From positions 15,192,001 through 15,256,000 of the forward strand of contig NC_087250.1 in the NCBI RefSeq assembly GCF_037042905.1: 64,000 bases of DNA. The letters run 5' to 3'. The position numbers and the translations under genes are program-made. This DNA comes from Lytechinus pictus. Taxonomy: Eukaryota. The notes beneath the pieces were generated by a model that worked only from the letters and a program-made list of their open reading frames with translations, did not search any database and was not told the DNA's origin. Of the stretch, positions 1 to 13,235 are shown one piece after another (within the stretch, counting starts at the first letter, position 1; each line of letters starts with the position of its first letter).

Positions 1-186
1 TTATCGTTATTTTTAATGAAATTTTCAGCATTATGCTATGTAAATGTTACTCTATTTATTTAGATACAAATATTTTTAGCCCGGAGTCCCCTTTTTGTGT
101 CATATATTACTTTTCTTCGGCCTTATGTCTTGTGCAAGCGTACAAGCTCTACCCAGCTTAATTATGGATATTGATGATAAACATAC

Positions 187-2981
187 CTGGACAGGTCCCT
201 ATTGTGACGTGCTGAAACCGGGGCTGCATCAATTTATCAAGTTCTTTGTTCTTGAGGGCCAACTCACACCTGTTAAAAATACGGTCAATACAGCCAGAGT
301 CACACATAAATGAAATCGTACGCCATTTTAAATAATGTAGGCATAATGGAGATTTGATCGGTCATGTTCAGTCTCTCTTGATGTGACTGACTGTGTGAAC
401 ATGCGGTCACACGACATTTGCTCCGGCGACAATTGCTCCGGGATTCATTTCGTCTAAGATATGTAAGATTAGGGCTGCACAAGGGTTTTACATTAGGTTT
501 AGGATGTGGTATAGTGCCAAATTTAGGATTGAAGTTGGTCATTCGATTAGTATGTTGAGTTTACTGCGGAGGAATTGTCGCCGGAGCAAATGCAATGGAA
601 CCGAACATGCACCAAGAAATTCATTAGAAGTATTGGACTTGCGATGTCATATGCATAGGGCTGCCCCATATGTTATGTACTATAAATGCATTTCACTTTA
701 TCAATGGGTCATGACCACTAAAAGTTTTTGTTCTTTCAGGAGTGGATGTGAAATGATTTGTCTGTTGATATACTGAAAATACAATAATAATAATAAAAAA
801 ATTAGAATAGGATATTTTATTAACTTTTTAGTACACAATATAGGAAAACAGATGAAACATTAAAAATTCTTAAAACCTTTTTTAATGGTGGAAATATAAA
901 GAAATGGATATACTTTGATAATGAACGGATATACGATTTGTATTAAATACCTGATCCGAAAAGTCTTGAACTCGTTGCCGTTTGTTGCACAAACAGGAAA
1001 GTCGTAGTTATCAGCACAATATCTTACAAGGCTTTCACATTTGGGAGTCCCGTCTTTAGTTACAACGCATGTCTCATAGAGCTTGCACTTGAACGTAGGG
1101 TCCTTCTCGCATCTATCTAAAAGTAGAACAAAATAAAGATTTAAATGAAAGTGATTATTGATTTGATTAAAAACAAACAAAAAGAACAAAACAAAATCTT
1201 GAGGTCCTAGTTGTAACCTGTATCATAAAAACACTGTTTAATATTTTCACACGACTATTTTATAAACACGTTTATAAAATCTTAAACAACAAAGTTTAAT
1301 TTGTAATACTTATGTCTCATTAAATTCAGCATGGTTGTTTAACTGGTAAACAACTACTGTCACGTTTTTTTTTCTTTCTAAACTAAACAGCGTTGTATAT
1401 TTTTGTTTAAACAGAGTTTGTATGTTTTAAAGGCCGTGTAAGATTGTACCCGGCAATACTATTAAGTGCTTCAAAAATTGAAAAATAAATAGACCGTAAA
1501 CACCTCTCCAATTTTATGGCTAATATACCGTTACATCAATCTCCCCGGCCGATTAAAATTTGTATTTTATTCAGTCAAAAATATCTTGACAGTATTTATA
1601 GATCAATTAGATTTGTTTTTCTGATTGGATAAACAAAATTGAATATGAAATACAAATAGATCAATGTTCGGTGTATTTTTTTCATTGTAAAATGGTGCAT
1701 TTTTGCATTTCAAACAAAAAGGGGCACCAGCTAGAAGGTCATTGTGGCTAAGCAATAGGGCATCCATTCATGGTCATGATCTCAGACTGGGGGGATTTTA
1801 CAAGAAAATATTTGCAATCAATTGCAAATTAACAAGTGATATAGATCGATCTTTACTAAAGTAAATGGGGGAAGGGTAGAAGGGGGGTGGGTGGAACGAT
1901 TTCTGAAGAGTGGATGCATGCTGGTTTCACTCAGAAATTAAATGAAGGGTGAATTTGGCCAAAAAAAAATGCCAAGCCAAGAAAAAAAATCCCTCCAGAA
2001 TAATGGTGATTTTGGTCAAAAGAAAATTGACAATCGACCACAAAAAAGTTTTTGCTAAAAGAATGTACACTAACCTGATTTCAAAGGGATGCTGCCTATC
2101 ATGCCTATGGTGTATAACATATAGGTATAATATTCAGTACCCCAATAAAATTCTCAGAGGTGCGTTAACGCCCCCAGCAACCCCGCTTCCCAAGGCCACG
2201 AGGCAAGTAAAGGACTTAAGATTGTTGATGAAAGAAACAGATTCAGAATTCAATTGCAAAATAAAAATTGATTACAAGACCAGCGATTGATTGTATAAGA
2301 TCTAAAATTGATTTTGCGATCGATTGCAAATTTCTTGCAACACTCTATTAGGTCACTTGGGATATGTTTAGCCTTGTTTTACCCGATTGAACTTTCAAGG
2401 AGTTGTGGTTGGGGCACCTAAATTCTTACCTTCGCAAACACCGAAAGGGCTGTCTTTGGTCGGTCGGTCGGCGCAGAACAACCCTTCGATACAGTCCCCG
2501 CGGATCGTGCATTTATCACCGAGCTTCCCCCCGCAGAGACAGTAGCACAGTTGTTGCTGGCCGAACTCGTCGACGTAAAACCGATTCTGCAACATGTATG
2601 TCGACGAGCTTAAATCCAAAGTCGTCAAATTTTGTGGGGGTAGGCAGTCACATGACTGCAATAAATTGAAGAAGAGGAGGAGTGCTTTTAGAATGCAACG
2701 CAACTTGATTTAATACCAACTGAAATTAAGAGAAATCTGCTGGGCCTAGATGATTATGATTATAAAATTTGTGATTATAATCATGGTAACAATGATGATA
2801 AATTAGTAAGAACGGGACATAGCATCAAAGGCGTTGGAACATCCTCGTTAAACCCTGTGTATAGGAGGAATCACCTCACGAGTGATATTATGACAACGTT
2901 ATGTGTGTATATAACGATGGGTCACCGCCCCCCCTCCGTACCTATTAAAAACACACAATATCATCGAAGTAGGCCTAAATT

Positions 2982-3061
<80 letters not shown>

Positions 3062-6000
3062 GAGAGAGGCGTGAAGATTTTGTTTGCAAAAGGGTTTATA
3101 GATCCACTTTGGACCATTCCGAGAAAATCATGTTTTTTTATTCTCCCATATTGCAATATTCTTATGCGAAACTCAATTGTCATGACATAATACCCTACCA
3201 TGTGAACATGAATTTTGGTATAAAAGAAACCTACCTGTCTTCATATTTTTTTTCTCTTAAAAAAATTACCATTATGGATCTAGCCCCTATTGCGAACAAA
3301 CCGAAATAGATGTAACCCCTGTTGAATAAAAAATGATTTTTATTTTCCATTTTTATACACTTTTTAATGGAAATTTCAACTTGTCTTTGGCATCATCTTA
3401 TAGAGCTACTAAAAATCTATACATTGAGACAAAAAAGTCAAATTTAATGAAAAATGGATCTAACCCCTTTTGCAACTGAGCTCTTTAGAACTGTTTGTTT
3501 CGATCCAAAAGGGGTTTGATCCACTTTAGATAATTCCAATATCGTAATATTCTTATGTGAAACTATTCCAACCTTTGCCTGCTGCTTTAGTAAACTCGGT
3601 CTCGCCTAACTACTGGCCAGTCTCCGTGGTCTAGTGGTTAAAACATTGGCGTTCAGAGCCAGGGACCCGGGTTCGATTCCCGGCGGAGGCATTTTTTCCA
3701 ACCTTTGATTGATTCAGAATGGATGACAGCTCTGAGGGAACTTGAGTGAAGCTACACATTTATCATTCTCTAATTTTCATTTTTTTTTTCACTATAATAA
3801 TTAATATATATATTTTCTTCATTCTTCCCCCCCCCCCACAACATATTTAAATTCAAGAGTTGCCAAAGCTGTTGTACTTCATCATGTAGGCCTACAATTT
3901 CTCACATTTATATGCACATAATATAATCTTATGTGACTAACGGTGTGTTTGTGTACACTATACATGCATTATAGTATTGAAAATATGCCAATGTGTATTG
4001 ATTCCAAAAAGTTAAGCTCTAAACACATGATACCCAAATAAAGAGGTGTGAAGTTCTTTGTAAGGCTCTTCGGGAATAACAACAGATGTTTCTACCCGGG
4101 GTTTCTACTATCTCTAAACAATCTCATAACCACGCCGGGTAGACATAATAGTGAGGTGGAAGATTCAAGCTACATCCACCGGACATGGTGGCTCAGTGGT
4201 AGAGCGCTCACCTCATGAACGGGAGGTCGTGGGTTCGATCCCCGGCCGAATCATACCAAAGAATTTAAAAATGGGACCCTCTGCCTTCTTGTCAGGCGCT
4301 CGACGTTTGAGAATGAGAAGGGTAACGATAACATATATTATGTTATGCAGGGTTCCATGATAATTGCTCTGGCGACAATTGCTCTGATGAAAAGTCTGCA
4401 CAAGCCAATTAACCATAAAACCTAACCTCCAAAACTACATAAACCTTATCTTTACGTCATTCTGAACCATGAACTCTATTACAATTTTAACTCTAACCCA
4501 ATGCCCTCTACGATATTAAGACCGGAGCAATAAGCCTGTTCACGGTAGTAAACTGCTCACGAGCAGAAAGAGGTCATTGGAGACAACCATGAAGGTGGCT
4601 TTCAAATTCACTGACATAGGCATTTGTGATTTGATGATTATTCATGTATTCCTTTCAAAATATTCATTTTATCACATCCAAGCTTATGAGTAATAAATAG
4701 AGCCTTCATAATCACTGGTATTTGACAGTAGCCTAAACAATAGTCAAACGTGCCAAAGGCAGACAATAAAACAGATTTCAAAAACTTTATCCCTGATGTA
4801 CTAGTATTCTAGTCACCTGGTCTATACAATGCCTTTTGTTCTTAGAATTTGAATACTCTACCGGTAAAGCTTACGCAACATCTACATTTGAAATTGATAG
4901 TGCTTATCCTAATGAAAAATCACAAAGGTCATTGGAGAAAATTTGATCATGAGCTAACCGTGAACTGGCTTATTGTCGCATGAACAAATGTCGTGTCACT
5001 GCTGTGGATCAACTCACAGCTGAGAGTGGATATACCCTGGCTAAATATATAAGAGTTATCCCCTTCTATGACAAATTAAAAAACATAGAAAAAATGTATA
5101 TTGTCAAATGCCCTTCATATGACAATGAACAACCAAGACGTATTTGCCGAAAATTGGTGAATCAAAACAGCAGTTTCGACCAGTCCTGTACTGACCGCAC
5201 AGAAACGTTGTTTGCGCCAGCAATGCGCTAACAGAGGCCATGTTACAACCGGTAATGTTGCGGCGATGCCTAATGTTACAACAATGCATTACTTACACAT
5301 AGACATAAGTGTTTTGACTTCACAATCCGGAAGATGTGACTACATGGGCTTACTGTTAGCGCTCTGATAGGCTAAAAACATTTCTGTACTGTGGGCCGGC
5401 ACTGGCCAGACTCCTATACAAACGGCATATTTGCAATTTGTCAGCTCCGAAACTTAGGACGAAACTGCTATTCGGGTTCACCGATTATCAACAAAAACCT
5501 CCCAGCTGTTTATTGTCGTTTGACGGGAATGTTCATACATTTACTGCGTTCTTGAATCTGTCCCCGTTGCAAAAACTCTCTAATAATTGATAAAGAGGAT
5601 GACGAAACTATACAGGAGACCGTTGAATCTATTGCGTGTGTATCAGTGTTTATGGCCTGTGCATGGTGCCGTTGGTGTGTTCGGGGGTGTGGGTAGATAT
5701 GTGTCTGTTTATGGCTTGATGAGTTATGGCGAAACTAACTATCAAATCGTTCAAGCGAATTACTTTTTTATCATTGAGGATGAATACATCAATATATCTC
5801 GAAATACAACTAATATATAACGAATGATAGGAAATAAAAGCTAATTCATAAGAAATAATCATTATAAAACCAATGAAATACATAAACATTGGCTGTAATA
5901 CTATTCTTTTTTTTTTTCCTTTTTTCTTTGTCAATTCACTTGTTACTATAGCTGGGTAGTCCATCGCATTTATCGCTGTCCTCTCGATATATTCTTGCCT

Positions 6001-6625
6001 TAATATGCCACTGGTTGAGGAGGAGGAGGAGGAGGAGGAAGATGATAATGTGATTATGGTGGTGTATAGCCCGGTGGTGGTGATATAATGATGGTGATCA
6101 TGATTGATGATGATGGTGATGGCGGTGGTGAAGATGATGGTGATATTGAAGATGGTGGTGACGATAGTTATGATGATGAATTGATGATGATAATGAATTG
6201 TAGTTGCAGAAAATAGTGGCAAGGGGACGTTTACTCTTAGAGAGAAGGGGTGTCATCTCCGTAAATTTCAGATATTCAAGTTCAAGTCTATATACTTCTC
6301 GGTAAAGTCTATACTTCTCCGTACTTCTTAGTAAATTTCAGATATTGAAGTTAGTCTAAAGTCTATGACTTCTAGACCCCATTGCATAAAAGTTACTACT
6401 AGCAACCCAGTGGCAGTTTTAATTAAATTCACTCACTCCAATCGGTTGGTGAACATCAACAAAATATTCTTTACTTTATCATTGACAGTTTATGTACTAA
6501 TGCCCCATGATATTATTCTCTTTTTTTTTTACCTGGCAAGTCCACTCAGGTACTCCAAATCCATGGGCGGGATCGGGAACGACGAATGAAGCCAAAACCG
6601 CTAATGCTAGTAGTCCGAATGCCAT
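187..6625 (-). CDS. Secreted IGFBP-like N-domain + follistatin/Kazal protein (IGFBP7/KAZALD1-like), 3' end lies beyond window start
   Basis: Four phase-consistent GT-AG exons. 6625-6533 encodes MAFGLLALAVLASFVVPDPAHGFGVPEWTCQ (signal-peptide-like). 2655-2430 encodes SCDC...LCYCLCGGKLGDKC...CIEGLFC...GVCE (IGFBP N-domain-like). 1116-951 encodes DRCEK...CKLYETCVV...KC...CADNYDFPVCATNG (follistatin/Kazal). 269-187 encodes RCELALKN...TIGTCP (end of Kazal) and ends in a phase-1 donor. Confidence 0.8.
2988..3058. repeat. (TA)n microsatellite
   Basis: About 35 perfect TA units. Confidence 0.97.
3082..3475. mobile_element. MITE with imperfect terminal inverted repeats
   Basis: ttgcaaaagggtttatagatccacttt at the left end is inverse to aaaatggatctaacccctttt-gcaa at the right end. 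A partial copy follows at ~3505-3565. Confidence 0.55.
3620..3691 (+). tRNA. tRNA-like gene with TCA anticodon (possible opal suppressor, or a tRNA-derived element)
   Basis: 72 nt. Acceptor GTCTCCG/CGGAGGC, D arm GTCT/AAAC, anticodon stem TTGGC/GCCAG with loop GT-TCA-GA, 4-nt variable loop, T arm CCGGG-TTCGATT-CCCGG. A and B boxes are intact and T6 follows immediately. Confidence 0.5.
4180..4330 (+). mobile_element. tRNA-derived SINE
   Basis: A box TGGCTCAGTGG and B box GGTTCGATCC are present. The acceptor stem does not pair and a non-tRNA body follows. Confidence 0.75.
4533..4972. mobile_element. MITE nested in an older TIR element (~4345-5000)
   Basis: TIRs agcctgttcacggt / accgtgaactggct interrupt the ccggagcaa...ttgtcgca end of an element whose relative lies at ~405-600. 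Confidence 0.55.
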
Positions 6626-7023
6626 GTTGGCACACCTTTCTCCGCGAAGATTCCTGGGTGAATGCTTCCTGCGTGTATTTGCCTCCGTCTTCGTACTCTC
6701 CGCGTCTATCTTCCGCGTCTTTCTGCGGAAATCTTAATACGAGCGTTTTTCCGTCCTCTCTAAAAGGACGATGTGTATGTTTTCTTCGATGCTGGTTAAA
6801 CTGACAGGATTTTCCGAAAAAAAGTACGCTAAGCATAAAAAAAAGATCTGAGCAGAAGCATGCATGGCATGTGGGCGTGGCCGGACGCAGGGATCTTTTC
6901 AATTGGGCGATCGGAGTAAGACCGCTCTGTATGGGATTATTGATTGAATCAGTGAGTTATGACGCAAATTATATTTCAAAAGACTCTAGCAACAGGTAGC
7001 ATACGTGTGGGTTGAGTTCAGCA

Positions 7024-7260
7024 CAGTGGCGGATCGTGGAGGGGGGGGGGGCACGACCGACCCGTGCCCCCCCCCCCCCACTTGAGAGGCAGAAAAAAAT
7101 AGTGGAATATCTCATGCATGGGCAAGTGAGGACTTTTCAGTGTTTTTGTTTTTTTGCTTGACAAATTGTTCAATAAAATGACATTGGTGGGAAGGGGGGG
7201 TGTCAACATTTTTCGGTACAAATCCCCCCCCCCCCCTGGAAAATCCTGGATCCGCCCCTG
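7024..7260. mobile_element. Non-autonomous hAT-like element
   Basis: TIRs CAGTGGCGGATC / GATCCGCCCCTG with 8-bp TSD gttcagca/gtccagca. A related copy lies at 63625-63803. Confidence 0.8.
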
Positions 7261-7802
7261 GTCCAGCATTCAACGAACTTTCAAGGAGGGAGTGGTCCGA
7301 GGTGTGCAACATCTTCCACCAGTCGTGGTGCCCTGTTATTTTTATATGCATGGGCAATTACCATTAACGGAACGATAAGTCTGATTGACCTAAGGGGGGA
7401 GGGGGTTGACGTTTTGGCGTATTCCCTTTTACCCATCCAACTTTGTTGTTTGTCGTAAAATAATCACGGACGTATACAGCAGTGATGTCTTTATATGTAT
7501 TTAAATCTTTATTGATTAAAGCAGTGATTTCTATCAATAATTTTAGTAAATACTGACAGTATGCATGTGTGACGTATCAAAAATCGCACCAGGTGTCTGT
7601 AGTTAATCAATAATTCCCGCACGAAGTTTTTCAAAGGGTGTAAATGAAAGGGGAAAATAATTGATTGAATAAATAATCACAGATTACTTGCTCGCATCAG
7701 ATATGGACAGCTGAATCAAATAATAATTTTCCAGTATTTTATCCCCTTTCATTGCTTACGTGATAAGTTTTGAGATTTGTGTGTATATTCTATATGTGTG
7801 TG

Positions 7803-9613
7803 CATGGGTGTCGATCACGGGGGGGATGGGGGGGATATATCCCCCCCAATATTTCAAGTGGGGGGGATGGCCTGTATTATCATCCCCCCCCCCCAATAAT
7901 TTAGGGTAGAAAAATTATAATAATGATGATGAAAAAATTAAAAGTTTGATCATGATAATTATAGTGATGATTATGTCATCAATCAGTTTGTTTCCTTCGC
8001 AATTTGTGTATATTGTTATTAATTAAAAACATTCTTTTTCAGGACTATTAAACAGATGGGTGGAGGTTCAGGATGAAAAAGAGTGAAATGTTTTTGTATA
8101 TGATATTTTTAACACATGACATAAAAGGACCCCAACGAAAAACAACTTTTGTTGATAGGGTGTTCCATCCCACCAGTGGTGAAAAAAATAATTTTAATAC
8201 ATCAATTAATTCAAAAGGGTGGACAATAAACGGGAGTAAAAGGGTGGCAAGATAAATTGTCTAAGGAATGACCATATAGCTATTACATACAGTAATAGCT
8301 CTATGGAATGACGGTAAGCCCGATGGCGCACGAGAAGCCACATAGTTTGTAATTTGTGCTAGTCTTAATTGGTCCGAATCTGCATGTTATCATCATGCAT
8401 TAAGAAAAAAGATATTGCCAGTCGGGTTAGATTTAAGAGAGACATTGTATACACAGAGGCGTCGATTCGGGGGGGGGGGGGCGATCACCCCACCAATGAA
8501 AATATTTGGGGGGAACATATCGTTTTGCCACCTCCCAATAATTCTGCATGTGCAACTAAAAAATAAGATTGTAATGCTACACTGAAACCAGCAAGCGAGA
8601 TTGAGATACCAACTCGATTTTGATTTAAAATCGTGCTCAAAATGTCTGCTTTTCAGATTGGAATATAAAAATTTTCAGCTCGCGCTTCGCGCTTGCATCA
8701 TTTCTGTACCAAAACCCCATACTTTTCATGATTAAATAGGTGAATAGAATGTCCCGCTTTCAGTTCTATACCTCAAAAGAATTCCCGCTTCGATTTGCAA
8801 TAATCTTTTGATGGATATATATATCTTGTTCTTTATTAAAAGCGTCCATTAAACTGTCTTTTTTTTCCAGATCGAAATATCAAAATTTTCAGCTGGCGCT
8901 TTGCGCTCGCATCTATTGTTCTTCTAGATACCCATCTTAATCATTGGTACCAAAAATGCTTAGAATATCAAGCTTTCACGTCAGAATATAAAGACATTTT
9001 TAGCTCGCTCTCTAGTGAGATTCATGTATTTATGCTCCTCATGAGTTACTACAAACAAACCTAAACAGGTACATTTTTCCTGTTTTCGTGTCATACTAAA
9101 AAAATTCAGCTCGCGCTTCGCGCTCGCATTGTTGGTGAGGGTAAGATATGTGTCTATTTCTCATGAGTCATATATATATGTATGCATATATATATATAAT
9201 ATAGGCCTAGTGTGTGGGTGAGTTTGTTCGTTTTGTATGATCGAGCGCCTTTGGAACGTTGATTCATGATTCCCCCCCCCCCCCCAATCTGAAAAATGGA
9301 TCGACGCCCCTGTGTATACATCATGCTCAGTAAACAGATCACTATGCACATGGTCCAGACAATTTTTGTCATTTTTTTCTTTCGTATGAGTTTAGAATAG
9401 GCTTACTTGTAACACAAATTGAATTTTCAAAAAAAATTATATAAGTACAGTACACTACAACAATGAAGGAGTTTCCAAGAACACCATGCATATCAATTAC
9501 TCCAAAATGTCCTAACTTGTGATTTTAGTGGGGGTAATGTTGAAAGATCCCCATCCACAAGAACTTTTGTGTGAATCATCCCCCCCAACCAAGAATACCG
9601 ATCGACACCCATG
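7803..9613. mobile_element. hAT-like element containing a nested hAT-like element
   Basis: TIRs CATGGGTGTCGATC / GATCGACACCCATG, flanked by tgtgtgtg on both sides. Confidence 0.7.
8454..9312. mobile_element. Non-autonomous hAT-like element
   Basis: TIRs CAGAGGCGTCGAT / ATCGACGCCCCTG with a perfect 8-bp TSD tgtataca. Confidence 0.85.
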
Positions 9614-9899
9614 TGTGTGTGTGTGTATGTGCACGCGCGCGGGAGGGTGAATGAATACATGTAAGATTAACAAATGGCATCTTCTATACATAACAAAATG
9701 ACATCTTACTTCCAATAACCTTCGTAACAACTCATCACCTAGGTCCCTTTCACCCAGCATATCACCCATTATATCCACACACTCACACAGACACACTCAC
9801 ACACGCACACCCGGCCCGCACCTATTCACTTGACACTCACACCACAGCTATTTCCACACACATCGTAAACACAATGTAGACCGGAGACATCCTTACACA

Positions 9900-10800
9900 C
9901 TCATTCTCACATCAATACACACGCAACAGATCTCACAGTCGACAGGCACCCACTTACACACACACGCACACCATAATATAACACACACTCATATGTGTAC
10001 ACACCCACAGCACACACACTCTCATATAATATACACACATAACAGATCTCACAGGCACCCACACCCTAATATAACACACACTCATTGGTATACACACCCA
10101 CAATATATATCGCAGATTTATTCACACACACTCTCACATAACATACACACATTACAGATCTCACACGCACCCACTTATGCACACACACATAGACGCACAC
10201 CATAATATAACACACACTCATAGGTATACACACCCACAACATACATAGCAGATTTATTCACACACACTTTCGCATAACATACACACATTACAGATCTCAC
10301 ATACACGCACACCTAAATATAACACACACTCATAGGTATACACACCCACAGCACACACACTCTCATATAACATACACACATAACAGATCTCACAGGCGCC
10401 CACATACACACATGCAAGCACACCTAAATATAACACACACTCATAGGTATACACACCCACAATATATATCGCAGATTTATTCACACGCTCTCATATAACA
10501 TACACACATAACAGATCTCACAGGCACCCACATACACGCACACACACCCTAATATAACACACACTCATTGATATACACACCCACAATATACATCGCAGAT
10601 TTATTCACACACACTCTCACATAGCATGCACACATAACAGATCTCACAGGCACCCACATACACATACACATGCACGCACCCCCTTATATAACACACTTAT
10701 AGGTATACACACCCACAGCATACATTGCAGATTTATTCACACGCACTCTCATATAACACACACACTTAACAGATCTCAAAGGCACCCACATGCACGCTCT
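9900..10800. repeat. CA-rich minisatellite, ~110-125 bp units
   Basis: acagatctcacaggcacccac...aatataacacacactcataggtatacacacccac recurs about 7-8 times. Confidence 0.85.
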
Positions 10801-12743
10801 CATAACGCACACTCGCTCACACCACATATCAAATTCACCCACATTTCCCTTTCTCATTCATGCCTTACTATATACAACAAACTCTGTTTGGTTTCATCGT
10901 CCTGTCATTTTCTTTTACAGGACAAATGTAGAGAAAAATATATAAAATGTTTTGCGTTTCAAGAAACTACTGCTTTTTAAATTGAACATATTCATTCACG
11001 TGTTTGCAGTGAATATTTAGAATTTGAGAAAGCTAATGAGCGAAGGAAAAAATCTTTTAATCTAAATAATCACTTATCATATTAAATGATATTAATAAAC
11101 AAGCGTATTATCCAAGAATGAATAAATATATAATGCACAAGTAATGCCAAATAATTTGGAATAAGCACTGTTGTATTATCCAGGCCTACATGTAAAGTGC
11201 GTCCTAGAAAAAACATAAAATGGACACCAAGAGTTATCAATGATTCATCATAACTTAATCTCAAATAAAATAGAAAAGTTACCTATCATTGCAAAGCTTA
11301 GATTATTCTCTTCTACCTGTAATAACTGATAAAACTCCTCATTCACATATAAGTGATGATCAGCCACGCAAAAAGTCTGTTGTTAACCGTGCATGCGATA
11401 GCTATATAGTCCAGTCAATATAGGGTTTGACCCACCACTAATTGCAACACGAGATATTCCACTGCAATGCTTTCAAGGAAGGTCCCCTAAACAACATACT
11501 AAAAGTCCCAAGAAATCCAAGCTGTGGAAATTTATGAAATTTGCATATTATGCAAATTAGCCATAAAAAGTAAGAAAAATAAGGAAAATAGCCCAAAGAT
11601 TACAAATTGAGTGTCCAAAACAATTTAATTTGAGCGAAAATTCATGATAAATAACTGTATTCAATGTTTTTTGTCAAAAGTGCAAAAAAATCTACCTCAT
11701 TTGCATAATATGCAAATAAGCATCCTTATATGGAAAAATGTGTAGGTATTGTGATTTTTCTCTCATTATTTGCTTGAAAATTTCATTAATGTTGGAATTT
11801 ACATGCTGCTATCACTAAGGACGTTGAATACATTTGTATTCAATAGTGTCTGTAGTGTAATTTGCATATTATGCAAATAAAAGTATCTAACATGTTATAA
11901 ATATTCAAGAAAACACACTGGTGATACATCCCTCGAAAATTGCAAGTAGATTATCTATTGAAATTGGAATATGGCAATACCTTACAGGAAGGTTTCCTAA
12001 ACACCATATTAAAAGTCCTTAAATATACAAGCATATGGGAAAATCACAAAATTTGCATTTTATGCAAATTAGCCATAATAAATTACAAATAAGGAAAATA
12101 ATCCAAATATTGGAAATCAAGTGCAATCAATACGAATTGAACTGAAGCCCATGACAAGTTTTACAAATTTATTTATGTTTTTAAATAAAAAATCGTAAAT
12201 AAATCTACCTCATTTGCATATATATGAGCATCTTTATATGGAAAAATCCAGAAATTTTGATTTTTCTCACAAAAGCAGTTATGAAAACATTTCAGTCTAG
12301 ATCAATATGATTTGATCACTAAGAATGGCAAATACGTTAATAATCAGCTTAATATCTGAAGTGTAATTTACATATTATGCAAATAAGCATCCGACATGCT
12401 ATAAATATTCAAGGAAACACATAAGTGATACTTTCCTCTAAAATTCCATGTAGATTATGTATATTAACCATGATGACATTCCCTACACTTCTTGCTTGGT
12501 TGATATTGAGTTTTGTCACGAGCAGTTACCCCACTCATATTGTACAATGATGAGTCAATTCTACATGGATCCCACTGCTTGAATGTTTCATTATTTCCAT
12601 CCAAGTCTTGCTCTCTTCTTGACTTTGTATAGAGACTTTGCGTTTCTTGCGAGTATAGTCCACGCTAGCATGCTCCTGGATTGCCAAGTGATCAGCACAA
12701 GATGTCACACCCGTACAAATAAAAGCCCATTAGCTTCGAATAT

Positions 12744-13235
12744 TTGGTCCTTGTAGCACACCAATTAGCTTATAAACTTGGGGTCCTTGTATTTAAAGCG
12801 CTTAACGATAAATCTCCACCCTACATCTCAGAGCTCTTATCTCAGCATAGACCAACACGCAGTCTCAGATCAGCAGCTGAAGCATTGCTGAGGGAATCTC
12901 TCAGCCACACAACCTGGGGTGACAGAGCCTTCTACATCTCTGGACCAAAGCTGTGGAATAGCCTTCCCAAATTTATCAGGAGAGCAGAGACCCAATCAAC
13001 TTTTGAGTCTTACCTGAAGACCTTTCTGTTCCCCACTCCAACATTATCACAAGACAAGAATAACTCAATTGTAGCATTACTAGGACAGTACTTGAACTGA
13101 ATGATGATCCTCAGTACTGTTTGAAGACATTGAAATTTGTGAGATATTTCCTATTTTTGAGCAAGCGCAATGAGCGCCCAGCTGAGGCGGATACCGACGC
13201 TTTACAAGAACCCATCATCATCATCATCATCACTT
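12744..13235 (+). mobile_element. CR1/L2-type LINE 3' fragment
   Basis: YKLGVLVFKALN...PPYISELL...R.LRS...GDRAF...GPKLWNSLP...F...LKTFLF, followed by a (CAT)n tail. Confidence 0.85.

Noticed and set aside
4180..4252. Possible tRNA-Met (CAT in loop)
   Set aside because: The acceptor stem does not pair and the sequence runs into a SINE body without a terminator.
5650..6222. 190-aa ORF
   Set aside because: It is built from GAT/GGT/GAG simple repeats in an intron.
9900..10800. His/Thr-rich ORFs
   Set aside because: They come from a CA-rich minisatellite with no splice or codon support.
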